DNA of 32,000 bases from assembly GCF_000092105.1 (NCBI RefSeq), contig NC_014148.1, positions 5,280,001 to 5,312,000 of the forward strand, given 5' to 3'. The number at the start of each line of letters is the position of its first letter. The first letter of the stretch is position 1. The notes below the pieces were generated by a model. It searched no databases, was not told the origin of the DNA, and worked only from the letters and a program-made list of their open reading frames with translations. Positions 1-8,747 of the stretch are shown here, piece after piece. The translations under genes were made by a program, and so were the position numbers. The stretch comes from Planctopirus limnophila DSM 3776. GTDB taxonomy: Bacteria; Planctomycetota; Planctomycetia; Planctomycetales; Planctomycetaceae.

Positions 1-618
1 TATCATCGAGCAGGTCTTCAAAGGGGAAGCACACTTTCGGAAGTCGAGGTCGGTTCGCGATTTCGAATGGCCTATCGATCCCGGCAGACAGGAACACAAA
101 CATCTCACGGTGAAGAGATCAGATTCTGGCGCGAAGTTGTGGCAAATGTTTTCCAGGAATTGCCACCACAAAAGATCGACGACTGCTTTGACGAGCTCTG
201 GCATAAGTTTGCTGACCTGGGCTCCTGGCGACTCTTCCCGGATGTGGTTCCCGCACTCGATGCGTTGAAAGCCTCTGGGATCAAGGTTCTGCTGGCCAGT
301 AATTTCGATGATCGACTGATCGAGATTCTCAGGGGGTTTTCGCTGCTTGATCGATTTGACGAACTCTTGATTTCGAGCCAGGTGGGTTGGCGAAAACCTG
401 CAGCAGAATTTTATCGTGCCGTCTTTGAAGCCGCGGGAACGAAGAGCCCATCGATCAGCCCGGCACAAATTTTCATGGTGGGCGATGACTATGAGCATGA
501 TGTTGAAGCTGCCAGAAGAGCAGGATTCAGCGCCATCCAGATCTGCCGTGATCCTGCTCAGGTGGATCTCCTCCCCTCACAGATTTCTTCACTGACAGAG
601 CTTTTTGAAAATTCCTGA
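1..618 (+). CDS. HAD-superfamily (subfamily IA-like) hydrolase, 5' end probably outside the window
   Basis: Track ORF 67..618. The same frame has no stop back to base 1, so the true start likely lies left of the window. HAD motifs are visible: LLASN (motif II Ser), GWRKP (motif III Lys) and MVGDDYEHD (motif IV acidic pair). The motif I DxD is not seen, which is consistent with truncation. Confidence 0.7.
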   Translation, partial: YHRAGLQRGSTLSEVEVGSRFRMAYRSRQTGTQTSHGEEIRFWREVVANVFQELPPQKIDDCFDELWHKFADLGSWRLFPDVVPALDALKASGIKVLLASNFDDRLIEILRGFSLLDRFDELLISSQVGWRKPAAEFYRAVFEAAGTKSPSISPAQIFMVGDDYEHDVEAARRAGFSAIQICRDPAQVDLLPSQISSLTELFENS

Positions 619-629
619 GGTATGAACCG

Positions 630-861
630 CTGAGAACATTTGCAGAGATCGATCGTATTGATCAGCGAATCACTGAGATTGTTTGGCTGGAAACTGAGAT
701 CGTTGACGAGCCTGTGGTTTGTGCGCTTGTCGATACGGGCTTGTGGCCGCTAGAACAACAGGAAAGTCTGTCATGTTTCCAATCGTTCGCGTTCGCGAAA
801 AGCCGGTCTTTGTGTCGGCTCTCTGAGAATACAATTCACTCCTTTTGAATATGCACTGAGA
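630..861. promoter_or_regulatory. Cluster of five CTGAGA hexamers plus a TTCGCGAA palindrome in the intergenic region upstream of the oxidoreductase gene
   Basis: CTGAGA occurs on the + strand at 630-635, 673-678, 694-699, 823-828 and 856-861. The 12-mers actgagattgtt (672-683) and actgagatcgtt (693-704) are 11/12 identical and 21 bp apart. The palindrome TTCGCGAA lies at 792-799. A regulatory role is inferred only from this over-representation. Confidence 0.25.
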
Positions 862-872
862 AGGTCGTCATC

Positions 873-1994
873 ATGTCCGTTCAAGCATCGTCGGCCTCGA
901 TTGCGGGCAAGCCCTGTCGCTGGGGGATCATGGGTGCTGCTGCCATTGCGCGAAAGAACTGGCAGGGGTTGCGCTGGGCCGAGAATTCGCGTTTAATCGC
1001 CGTCGCCAGCCGGAGCCTGGAACGCAGCCAGAGTTTTATTCGAGAGTGCCAGGGGAGTGTGCCTCAACCTCATGAGGTTGAGGCCCTGGGAAGCTATGAA
1101 GAATTGCTGGCACATCCCGAGGTGGATGCGGTTTACATTCCTTTGCCGACGGGAGTGCGGAAAGAGTGGATTCTTCGAGCGATTGCTGCGGGGAAGCATG
1201 TCTTATCAGAGAAGCCGGTGACAGTTTCCGTTCGTGATCTCCGGGAGATTGTGGCTGCTGCCCGAAAGGCAAACCTCCAGTTTATGGATGGGGTGATGTT
1301 CATGCACAGTGCCCGGCTGGAACCGATGGTGGCGCAGATCATGGATAGCGAGCGAGTGGGGCGTGTGCGGCGAATCTGCTCTCACTTTTCTTTCCATGCC
1401 CCGGAGAGTTTCTTCAAGGAGAATATTCGTGCCAGTGATGAGCTCGAACCACTGGGCTGCCTGGGTGATCTTGGCTGGTACAACATTCGTATGACACTTT
1501 GTGGTTTGCACGGTCAGATGCCGCATACGGCTCGCGCCCGATGTCTGCAAACAACCGGGAATGGCGTGCCGACCGAATTCTCGGCGGAACTTGATTTTGA
1601 GGGAGGCACAACCGCCAGTTTTTATTGTTCATTCCATACGGAAACCCAGCAGTGGGCCCACTTCAGTGGTGAGAAGGGATATGTCTGTCTGGATGATTTT
1701 GTGCTCCCCTGGTTTGGAACTGCCAGTCGGTGGTCATCTCATCAGGCACAGGTCGTGGCGGAAGGCTGCTTCATGCGGATGGAAAACCATGAGCGATATC
1801 ATGCCGTCGATGAAATCGCGACAGGTGGGTCAACGGCGCAAGAGACGAATATGTTCCGCACTTTCTCGAACAACGTATTGACGAATAGGCTCGATAGTTA
1901 CTGGCCAGAGATGGCCCTGAAGACGCAACTGGTTCTCGAAGCCTGCCTGCTCTCGGCCCGGAAAGATCAACCAGTTCCCGTCGAAGCCTACTAG
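873..1994 (+). CDS. Gfo/Idh/MocA-family NAD(P)-dependent oxidoreductase
   Basis: 373-aa ORF with a Rossmann-type N-terminus (RWGIMGAAAIARKN) and the family-typical EKP motif (LSEKPV). An SD-like gagaagg lies 8 nt upstream of ATG 873. Confidence 0.85.
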   Translation: MSVQASSASIAGKPCRWGIMGAAAIARKNWQGLRWAENSRLIAVASRSLERSQSFIRECQGSVPQPHEVEALGSYEELLAHPEVDAVYIPLPTGVRKEWILRAIAAGKHVLSEKPVTVSVRDLREIVAAARKANLQFMDGVMFMHSARLEPMVAQIMDSERVGRVRRICSHFSFHAPESFFKENIRASDELEPLGCLGDLGWYNIRMTLCGLHGQMPHTARARCLQTTGNGVPTEFSAELDFEGGTTASFYCSFHTETQQWAHFSGEKGYVCLDDFVLPWFGTASRWSSHQAQVVAEGCFMRMENHERYHAVDEIATGGSTAQETNMFRTFSNNVLTNRLDSYWPEMALKTQLVLEACLLSARKDQPVPVEAY

Positions 1995-2307
1995 TTTTGG
2001 GGAGTCGCTTATCCGGCTCAGGCCCGCCAACAAGCGATGCCATCAATAGTGATGAAATGCCAGTTGAACAGGAGTTGATCGAAACAGAGTTCGAAACCTC
2101 GCCCCGGAATGAGTAAGCTCAAGTTGTCGTTTTTTAGCGCTCATCGCGTTGTCTTCTGGCGGTTTCAAACTTCTGTGCAGGATGTCCGGCATGAATCTGT
2201 CGATCTGCGATTCTCGAACATCAGAGCCTGGCAGCAGAGTCGTGATGCGTTGGTCAAGTACTAAGCGACCTGGTGAGAAGCGAACGCTGCTTGATTGGAC
2301 TGGCGTC

Positions 2308-3699
2308 ATGTGGAACGTGTGGATGGGCAGCATGTTGTGGTGCAGCCTGTTGTGCCTGGCGGGTTGCCAGAGCGAAGCGGAAGAGTACCTCGAAGAGCAG
2401 AAAGATCTTCCCACACACAGTTTCAAGAAGTTTGTCAGGCCACCGAGACCTCAGCCCGATCCGACGATCAGTGCCGACCTGACAGAACCACCGGCGGAAC
2501 CGCCTCGAACCAACGCCAAAGAGACGGTTGATTTTCTCCTCGAAGGCATCAGAAAGCGGCAACCCGAGCGATTTGTACTGTTTCTTCCGAAGTCGTGGCG
2601 AAACGATCTGAACGAAGCGATGCATGAAGCCGCCTGGTCGATGGATACCATGATCTGGAGTCGATCGTTTTATGTGTTGGGGCGGTTTGGCCTTACGATG
2701 AAGGCAAAGTTCCCGCTCATGAAGGATTCGCTCAACACATTTGCTACTGAATTGGAACGCCAGCAAACAGAAAAAACTGATGGAAGCGTTTCTGGGAATC
2801 TTCCATCCCGTTCCGCAAGCGATGGGAAATCAGCCCCTTTGATGATTGAACAAAACTTTCAGGAGTTGATTGAAGTGATCAATCTTCTGGCGTTTTCGAG
2901 AGTGACAGAACTCGATCAATTGCGTCGAGGAACTGTTGAAGAGATTCTCCGCGAATCCGGTCGGCGGGTGATGGGCCGCATGGCTTATGAAGCCGAACTG
3001 CGTGGAGAGACGCCTTTTGAGCTTCTGTGCCGGTTGGAAACCAGCACGGAAACTTCTCAGGAAGAAGGCGTTTCGATTGTGGTGCTCAAGGATCCTCTGA
3101 CGGGGCAATCACAGCGCATTGAGTTTGTTCAGGTGGAAGATGCTTTTGTGCCGCGATCGATGGCGCAAGCCTGGCCCGATTTTCTGGAGGAGACTCGAGA
3201 ATGGGGGCGACAGTTTGGCCGGATTGACTGGGAAGAATTGAGGCCTGATGTCATGGCGAACCTGGCGGCAATCGAAGCACAAATTCTGCGGATTGATGCA
3301 GCGACCGATGCCAGTGGTATGCTCCCGGCGTTGGGTTCGATTGGGGAAGAGTTGGCCAGGATCGCTGAGAGGCTGAGCCCGGAATCGGCCCGGTCGCTAC
3401 CACAAGTGGGCCCGCCTCAAAAAGTGACGATTCTGATCAATCGGCCATTGGGAGGAGAGCAGTTAACTCAGGTACTGGATCAGATGGTTTCGATCTGCCC
3501 GAAACCCAATGAAACTGAATATGTGACCAGTACTCTGGGAGGTCAGACGATTGTGGAGATTGGCCCGGTGAATGATCTGGCTGACTTTGCCGAGAAGCTT
3601 GGCAAATTGAGAACATCGGCCACAGGAATTCCTGCGGATGCTCAACCCAGAACAGAGGTCAACGCGGCGGCTCGCAAGATCGTGTGGTCGCTTCCTTAG
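2308..3699 (+). CDS. Hypothetical lipoprotein (no recognised domain)
   Basis: The ORF is open from 2149, but the Met at 2308 yields a classical lipoprotein signal MWNVWMGSMLWCSLLCLAG|C (lipobox LAGC). The remainder is a long uninterrupted ORF with no motif I recognise. The start is uncertain (2149, 2245 or 2308). Confidence 0.6.
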   Translation: MWNVWMGSMLWCSLLCLAGCQSEAEEYLEEQKDLPTHSFKKFVRPPRPQPDPTISADLTEPPAEPPRTNAKETVDFLLEGIRKRQPERFVLFLPKSWRNDLNEAMHEAAWSMDTMIWSRSFYVLGRFGLTMKAKFPLMKDSLNTFATELERQQTEKTDGSVSGNLPSRSASDGKSAPLMIEQNFQELIEVINLLAFSRVTELDQLRRGTVEEILRESGRRVMGRMAYEAELRGETPFELLCRLETSTETSQEEGVSIVVLKDPLTGQSQRIEFVQVEDAFVPRSMAQAWPDFLEETREWGRQFGRIDWEELRPDVMANLAAIEAQILRIDAATDASGMLPALGSIGEELARIAERLSPESARSLPQVGPPQKVTILINRPLGGEQLTQVLDQMVSICPKPNETEYVTSTLGGQTIVEIGPVNDLADFAEKLGKLRTSATGIPADAQPRTEVNAAARKIVWSLP

Positions 3700-3741
3700 C
3701 CGCTGTTTTGTCTGAAGACCGACTTACCGAAATGGCGGCGA

Positions 3742-3771
3742 TTGACACTGCGTCAAAAATCGACCTAAACT
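3742..3771 (+). promoter_or_regulatory. Sigma-70-like promoter candidate upstream of acs
   Basis: TTGACA (3742-3747), an 18-nt spacer, then TAAACT (3766-3771, 4/6 match to TATAAT), about 160 nt upstream of the acs ATG. This is a sequence match only. Confidence 0.25.
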
Positions 3772-3932
3772 CTGGGCCAGTGGTTTATATGTGAATATTC
3801 TGATCAGCCATCTCGACCAAAGTCCCGGTCTCACTTTTCATCAGAATTGAGTTTGAACCGGTCATTTTGCTGAGACAGAAAAAACTCCAATCGCAAGCAC
3901 TCACTTCTCGACAGACATCACGGAGCGACCGC

Positions 3933-5891
3933 ATGACGAACTCTGGCAGTATTCAAAGTACGCTCCAGGAAACGCGAAAGTTTCTGCCTGCGAGTGAATT
4001 CTCGGCACAGGCACACATTTCGAGTGAAGAGCAATATCAGTCGATGTGGCAGAAGGCCAAAGACGACCCAGCCGGTTTCTGGGGAGAGCTTTCACAGGAA
4101 TTGCAGTGGATCAAACCGTGGACGGAAGTCATTTCGGGAGAAATGCCCGAAACACGCTGGTTCACGGGAGGGCAGATCAACGCCTGCGAAAACTGTGTTG
4201 ATCGACATCTCACCAGTTGGCGGCGCAATAAGGCAGCGATTCTGTGGGAAGGCGAACCAGGCGACACGCGCGTGCTGACGTACAACGATCTGCACCGGGA
4301 AGTGAGCAAGTTCGCGAATGTGCTCAAAAAACTGGGTGTCAATACGGGTGATCGAGTCACGCTCTACATGCCCATGATTCCCGAACTGGCCATTGCGATG
4401 CTGGCCTGCGCCAGAATTGGCGCGACTCACTCGATTATCTTTGGTGGCTTCAGTGCCGATGCGGTCGCTGATCGAAACAACGATGCTCAAGCCAAAATTA
4501 TCGTGACGGCAGATGGTGGCTGGCGGCGTGGCAAGGAAGTTCCACTGAAGTCGGCCGTTGACGAAAGTCTGACCAAGAGCCACACCGTGCAGAAGGTGGT
4601 GGTCGTCCGGCGGACGGGTCAGCAGGTTCATATGCAGACCGACCGCGACTACTGGTGGCATGATCTGATGAGTGATGTGGATCCGCATTGCGATGTGGTA
4701 CCACTCGACAGTGAGCATCCGCTATTTATTCTGTATACCTCAGGCAGTACTGGCAAACCCAAAGGTGTAATGCATACGACAGCGGGTTATCTGCTGGGTA
4801 CCACCATGACCAGCCGCTGGGTCTTTGACCTGAAGGAAGAAGACACTTACTGGTGTACTGCCGATATTGGCTGGATTACGGGGCATAGCTATGTGGTCTA
4901 CGGGCCGCTCTCGAATGGCTCGACAGTCGTGATGTACGAAGGAGCTCCGAACTGGCCGGATGAGGGCCGCTTCTGGGAAATTATCGAGAAGTACCGAGTC
5001 AGTATCTTCTACACCGCACCCACTGCCATTCGAGCCTTTATCAAGTGGGGCGATCATTGGCCGCAAAGCCGGGATCTTTCGAGTTTGAGACTGCTGGGTT
5101 CGGTGGGTGAGCCCATCAATCCGGAAGCCTGGATGTGGTATCACCGCATGATAGGTCAGGAACGCTGCCCGATTGTCGATACCTGGTGGCAGACCGAAAC
5201 CGGAGCGATCATGATCAGCCCGCTGCCAGGTATCTCGGCAACCAAACCCGGTAGCTGTACTCGACCGCTACCTGGTGTGGTGCCAGAGATTGTCAGTAAA
5301 GAGGGAACGCCACTGGAAGCCAACGAAGGTGGTCTGCTGGTGATGAAGCAACCGTGGCCCAGTATGCTGCGCACGCTCTATGGGGATCATGAGCGATTCA
5401 AGCAGACTTACTTCAGCACGATTGAAGGAGCTTACTTTGCCGGTGATGGGGCCCGACGTGATGCTGATGGCGACATCTGGGTGATGGGCCGAGTGGACGA
5501 TGTGCTCAATGTTTCGGGGCATCGCTTGAGTACCATGGAAGTGGAAAGTTCACTGGTGGCTCATCCGGCAGTGGCTGAGGCGGCTGTCGTGGGCTTCCCG
5601 CATGAAATTAAAGGGGAAGGGATCTGCTGTTTTGTGACGTTGAAGACAGCTGATTCCGAGGGTTCAGACTCACTCACTGCAGATCTGATTCAGCATGTCC
5701 GCAAGCAGATTGGTGCTCTCGCGACACCTGACAAGATCCGCTACACGGCAGCACTTCCGAAAACTCGCAGTGGCAAGATCATGCGCAGGCTCCTGCGAGA
5801 TATTGCGGCTGGGCGGGAGTCGGTTCAGGACACGACGACTCTGGAAGATCTCTCGATTCTCGCCAAGTTGCGTGATAGCGATGACGCGTGA
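3933..5891 (+). CDS. acs: Acetyl-CoA synthetase (AMP-forming)
   Basis: AMP-binding signature [11 protein letters not shown], the WWQTETG motif and the C-terminal [11 protein letters not shown] motif (regulatory or catalytic Lys) are present, and length and layout are typical of Acs. The track ORF begins at TTG 3867. ATG 3933 (MTNSGSIQS...) is the more likely start. Confidence 0.95.
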   Translation: MTNSGSIQSTLQETRKFLPASEFSAQAHISSEEQYQSMWQKAKDDPAGFWGELSQELQWIKPWTEVISGEMPETRWFTGGQINACENCVDRHLTSWRRNKAAILWEGEPGDTRVLTYNDLHREVSKFANVLKKLGVNTGDRVTLYMPMIPELAIAMLACARIGATHSIIFGGFSADAVADRNNDAQAKIIVTADGGWRRGKEVPLKSAVDESLTKSHTVQKVVVVRRTGQQVHMQTDRDYWWHDLMSDVDPHCDVVPLDSEHPLFILYTSGSTGKPKGVMHTTAGYLLGTTMTSRWVFDLKEEDTYWCTADIGWITGHSYVVYGPLSNGSTVVMYEGAPNWPDEGRFWEIIEKYRVSIFYTAPTAIRAFIKWGDHWPQSRDLSSLRLLGSVGEPINPEAWMWYHRMIGQERCPIVDTWWQTETGAIMISPLPGISATKPGSCTRPLPGVVPEIVSKEGTPLEANEGGLLVMKQPWPSMLRTLYGDHERFKQTYFSTIEGAYFAGDGARRDADGDIWVMGRVDDVLNVSGHRLSTMEVESSLVAHPAVAEAAVVGFPHEIKGEGICCFVTLKTADSEGSDSLTADLIQHVRKQIGALATPDKIRYTAALPKTRSGKIMRRLLRDIAAGRESVQDTTTLEDLSILAKLRDSDDA

Positions 5892-6087
5892 CCGACTTGT
5901 CCCAGTACCGATCAAATGACGTGGATTACCCTGTCGCAGGTACTCACTTCGATTGGTATGAGACCCAACAACAGCACCCGGAGCATGCTCTTTGGCGAGA
6001 CGCATCCTCCGGGTGTTTGCGTTGGTGTTTCCGACAGGAATCGTTACTTGAAGAGTGATACGAATCGCAACATGAAATATCGCGTTG

Positions 6088-6126
6088 AAGAATACAAGAA
6101 CATGCTTGCTCAGAGCCGCAAGCATG
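6088..6126 (-). terminator. Intrinsic terminator candidate after the tad-like operon, possibly shared with the convergent acs
   Basis: A perfect 9-bp stem joins CATGCTTGC (6101-6109) and GCAAGCATG (6118-6126) across an 8-nt loop. On the minus-strand RNA it lies 25 nt after the stop at 6152 and is followed by UUCUUGUAUUCUU. Confidence 0.45.
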
Positions 6127-6151
6127 GCACGGTGCTTTGATTCTTGTAATC

Positions 6152-6589
6152 TCAAAAAGCCAGAAGTTCGCGGGTGAGTGTGCAAGAGCGGGTTAAGTTG
6201 TCGAGACCCACAAATGAGGAGGTTCCCCAACTGTTACTGGCGACGGGGACTTCGATTTCGACCGAGACCCGGGACGTGGATGGCACGATGACAGTCGGGG
6301 AGACGCGCACGACGGCATCCCGCACATCGACGGCATTCAAAGCTGCCAGAGCCGCATTTCGTGCGGAATCTGCCGTGGCGCCGGGAATGATTCCTTGCCG
6401 GGCCCCTTCGTAGGCGGCATTTTCAATGGTATGCCTGAGCATATTCAGACGAGTCACTTCGACAGCGCCGAAGAAGATCGCAAACAGCACCGGGATCGTC
6501 AGTGAAAGTTCGACCGATAGCGCACCCCGGCGGGAAGTGGATCGATGATGCCATCGTGAAGGATTGTGCTGGATGGATCTGGCCTGCAT
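6152..6589 (-). CDS. TadE-like minor (pseudo)pilin family protein
   Basis: The N-terminus RRGALSVELSLTIPVLFAIFFGAVEV shows the TadE-type leader: Gly, then Glu at +5, then a hydrophobic helix. It is the last gene of a three-gene minus-strand cluster. Confidence 0.8.
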   Translation of the reverse strand: MQARSIQHNPSRWHHRSTSRRGALSVELSLTIPVLFAIFFGAVEVTRLNMLRHTIENAAYEGARQGIIPGATADSARNAALAALNAVDVRDAVVRVSPTVIVPSTSRVSVEIEVPVASNSWGTSSFVGLDNLTRSCTLTRELLAF

Positions 6590-6675
6590 GGTCTCGAAAG
6601 TTCTCTCTGTAGACAGACGATTCGAAGTGCCTGGATTTGTTTGGACGAATAGAGCGGCCCAAGGGCAGGACGATG

Positions 6676-7929
6676 TTATTCCGTGAGAACAATGGGCAAA
6701 GTTCGAGCAATATCAGCGAAGGCGGCTTCGAGAGCGGCACTGTTGGTAGCAGGGTAATTGACACCACCGGTGGTGCTGGAGACCTGTGGTGTGATATCTC
6801 CACTTCGCGGCAACAGACTGACGGAATGAATCACAATTCCTTCGTTAGCGGCATCCTGTGCGGCCAGTAGCGGATTACGCCCCTGATTCCAGAGACCATC
6901 GGTCATGAGAATGATGATCCGATGAGCATAAGGGCGCGTACTTTTTGTCGCATTGAGGATTTTGCGAGCTTCGTCGATTCCGGCAGCCATATTGGTGGCA
7001 CCGAGCATGACCTTTTCCGAGCGCCCTTTGATGGCCTGATTGAGGTCGGCCAGATTGGTTGTAAGAGGAACATCAACAAAAACTTCCGGACTGTTGGTTT
7101 TGGTGAGTTTGCCTTCGTAGTTCGACTGAGTGATTTTGGAGGCCCAGGTCACCATTGCCACACGCGGTTTTGGTTCCTGAGAAGCGGTAATGCTCACAAA
7201 TGTCTGCATGGCTCGAGAGAGTGAGGCCCAGCGACTGAGTGTGGGATGCGGAGGAAATGCGACGGGATCTGGATTGCGTGGAGTCCCGGGAGGATAAGAC
7301 CAATCGACACCCGTCAGGTCGAAACACATTGAGTGTGACCGGTCGATCGCAAAGCAGATTTCAACTTCAGTACTCGCTGAGACGGCGGATCGAGTCGGCT
7401 CGAACTGGCCCGTCCCGAAAATACTGCCAAAAAACAGGGGGACAGCCCCGGCGGCAGAGGATTCAGTCATCGCTGAGTTCACGCGGACAGCAGTATATGG
7501 CAACTGCCCCGCATTGAATGAAACGGAGTTATCCACATTTCGAAAAGCCAGTCCAAACTCGATCTGATCGGCAGTGAGGGTCAAAGATCGTCCACCGACT
7601 TTGTTAGCAGCAGCAGTGGCAATGGCAGCGTCAATGGCTGCTTCGGTATCCTGAGTACGACGCAGCGCTTCCATCCCGGCTTTGGCAGAGGCATCGGTCG
7701 CAGCACGGAGTTCAGTACGCACCAATTGCATGTAGGCCACATCGACGGTGAACATCGTCATGGCCAGAAGTGCCACAATCACAACGGCGACCAGGACCAG
7801 CATGGCCCCCTGGCGATGTGGTTGATGACCGAGCTGCAAGGCAGGCAAAAGAGCCTCCTTGAGTAATGAACGATTGGGAGATGGCTGAACGTGCTGCATA
7901 GTAAATAACTTATGAGGAGCGTTGCTCAA
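6676..7929 (-). CDS. TadG-like N-terminal anchor fused to a von Willebrand factor A (vWA) domain
   Basis: A hydrophobic TadG-like segment RQGAMLVLVAVVIVALLAMTMFTVDVAYM is followed by a vWA domain. The vWA domain has an intact MIDAS motif DRSHS (7330-7344), a later Thr (GATNMAAG) and an Asp (LMTDG). The track start at 7929 is TTG and overlaps the upstream stop by 4 nt. An alternative ATG lies at 7899. Confidence 0.8.
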   Translation of the reverse strand: MSNAPHKLFTMQHVQPSPNRSLLKEALLPALQLGHQPHRQGAMLVLVAVVIVALLAMTMFTVDVAYMQLVRTELRAATDASAKAGMEALRRTQDTEAAIDAAIATAAANKVGGRSLTLTADQIEFGLAFRNVDNSVSFNAGQLPYTAVRVNSAMTESSAAGAVPLFFGSIFGTGQFEPTRSAVSASTEVEICFAIDRSHSMCFDLTGVDWSYPPGTPRNPDPVAFPPHPTLSRWASLSRAMQTFVSITASQEPKPRVAMVTWASKITQSNYEGKLTKTNSPEVFVDVPLTTNLADLNQAIKGRSEKVMLGATNMAAGIDEARKILNATKSTRPYAHRIIILMTDGLWNQGRNPLLAAQDAANEGIVIHSVSLLPRSGDITPQVSSTTGGVNYPATNSAALEAAFADIARTLPIVLTE

Positions 7930-8360
7930 GTGCGTACCATCGAGGTACTGGCTTTGATGTTTGACAGACGGGTAAACCAGTCGAAGATTCCCGAAAGGCT
8001 CGTGGCGGGCGAACTGACTTCCACAGTGACGAGTGTCCCTGTGGGCGTGTTGGCAGTCACGTTGGGAGTGAAGGTGATTGTGGCTCCGGAGACATTGCGG
8101 CTCGCCAGAACTTCTTCTCCGCGAGCGCGGGCCGCAGCCATGGTGCCGCCTGTTGAAGTGACGGTGCGGGCCGCTTCATAACTGGCTTGTGTGAGTGTGG
8201 TTTTGAGAAAGATCGCGTTGGCGGATTCAATCGAGCCGAAGACCACCAGAATGATGATGGGGAGGCAGATGGCCAATTCGACCGTGGCAGCGCCGAGTCG
8301 GCTGGAGCGGCGCCCCGATGAATGGCGCAATCTCGTCTTCACGTGCTGTTCCCCAATCAT
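7926..8360 (-). CDS. TadE-like minor (pseudo)pilin family protein
   Basis: The N-terminus SRLGAATVELAICLPIIILVVFGSIE shows the TadE-type leader (Gly, Glu at +5, hydrophobic helix). ATG start at 8360. It is the first gene of the three-gene cluster. Confidence 0.8.
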   Translation of the reverse strand: MIGEQHVKTRLRHSSGRRSSRLGAATVELAICLPIIILVVFGSIESANAIFLKTTLTQASYEAARTVTSTGGTMAAARARGEEVLASRNVSGATITFTPNVTANTPTGTLVTVEVSSPATSLSGIFDWFTRLSNIKASTSMVRT

Positions 8361-8485
8361 TACAGACGCTCGGCTCGATCACGTCGATGTGCTGACCTGA
8401 TCGAAGAACTCAAGGGAGGTTTTCACTCGACAACCGAGAAAGTGATGAATGACAGGCAATCATGGGGAATTGATGGCCAGACACA

Positions 8486-8525
8486 CTTTGAAAACACTCA
8501 GTCTGAAAACGCTACGTCAGAAAAT
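8486..8525. promoter_or_regulatory. Three direct repeats (TnTGAAAAY) spaced exactly 15 bp apart, upstream of the tad-like operon
   Basis: GAAAAC at 8490-8495, GAAAAC at 8505-8510 and GAAAAT at 8520-8525. The extended forms are gtctGAAAAC and gtcaGAAAAT. The repeats lie 130-165 bp upstream of the TadE start at 8360, inside a 387-bp non-coding gap. Confidence 0.3.
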
Positions 8526-8747
8526 GTGAGTGGGTGTGGATGAAGAGCAGAGATTGTTTCATCGCGGATGACGCAACGAGCAACGTGGCCGGTTGAAGTG
8601 ATTGCAGGGATTTTGCGGGCAAGGGGAGGTGGTGCCATCCGAAAGAAATTCTTGCGCCATACGTCAAGACGTCGGGAGAAATGCGAAAAGAAGACCCTCA
8701 CCCTTCCCTCTCTCACGAAGACGCGGGCGAGGGTTGCAGATGGGTGA

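Noticed and set aside
2043-2426. A 127-aa minus ORF overlapping the 5' region of the 2149/2308..3699 gene.
   Set aside because: It has no motifs and an odd composition, and it overlaps the lipoprotein signal-peptide coding region on the opposite strand. It is most likely spurious.
4092-4718. A 208-aa minus-strand ORF inside acs, with similar long antisense or alternative-frame ORFs at 9414..10139 (+), 14012..14392 (-), 24763..25257 (-) and 31177..31797 (-).
   Set aside because: Each lies entirely within a strongly supported gene on the other strand. They have no recognisable motifs and Arg/Ser/Pro/His-rich compositions typical of out-of-frame reading of GC-rich coding DNA.
5670-6230. A 186-aa minus ORF and a 74-aa plus ORF (5916..6140) in the acs / TadE convergent gap. 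I also considered whether a Flp-type pilin hides here or at 8361-8747.
   Set aside because: The 186-aa ORF overlaps the well-supported 3' ends of acs and TadE. Neither ORF shows a signal sequence or a Flp motif (G/xxxxEY with a hydrophobic helix). The small minus-strand ORFs I translated in 8361-8747 (16, 33 and 46 aa) are not pilin-like.
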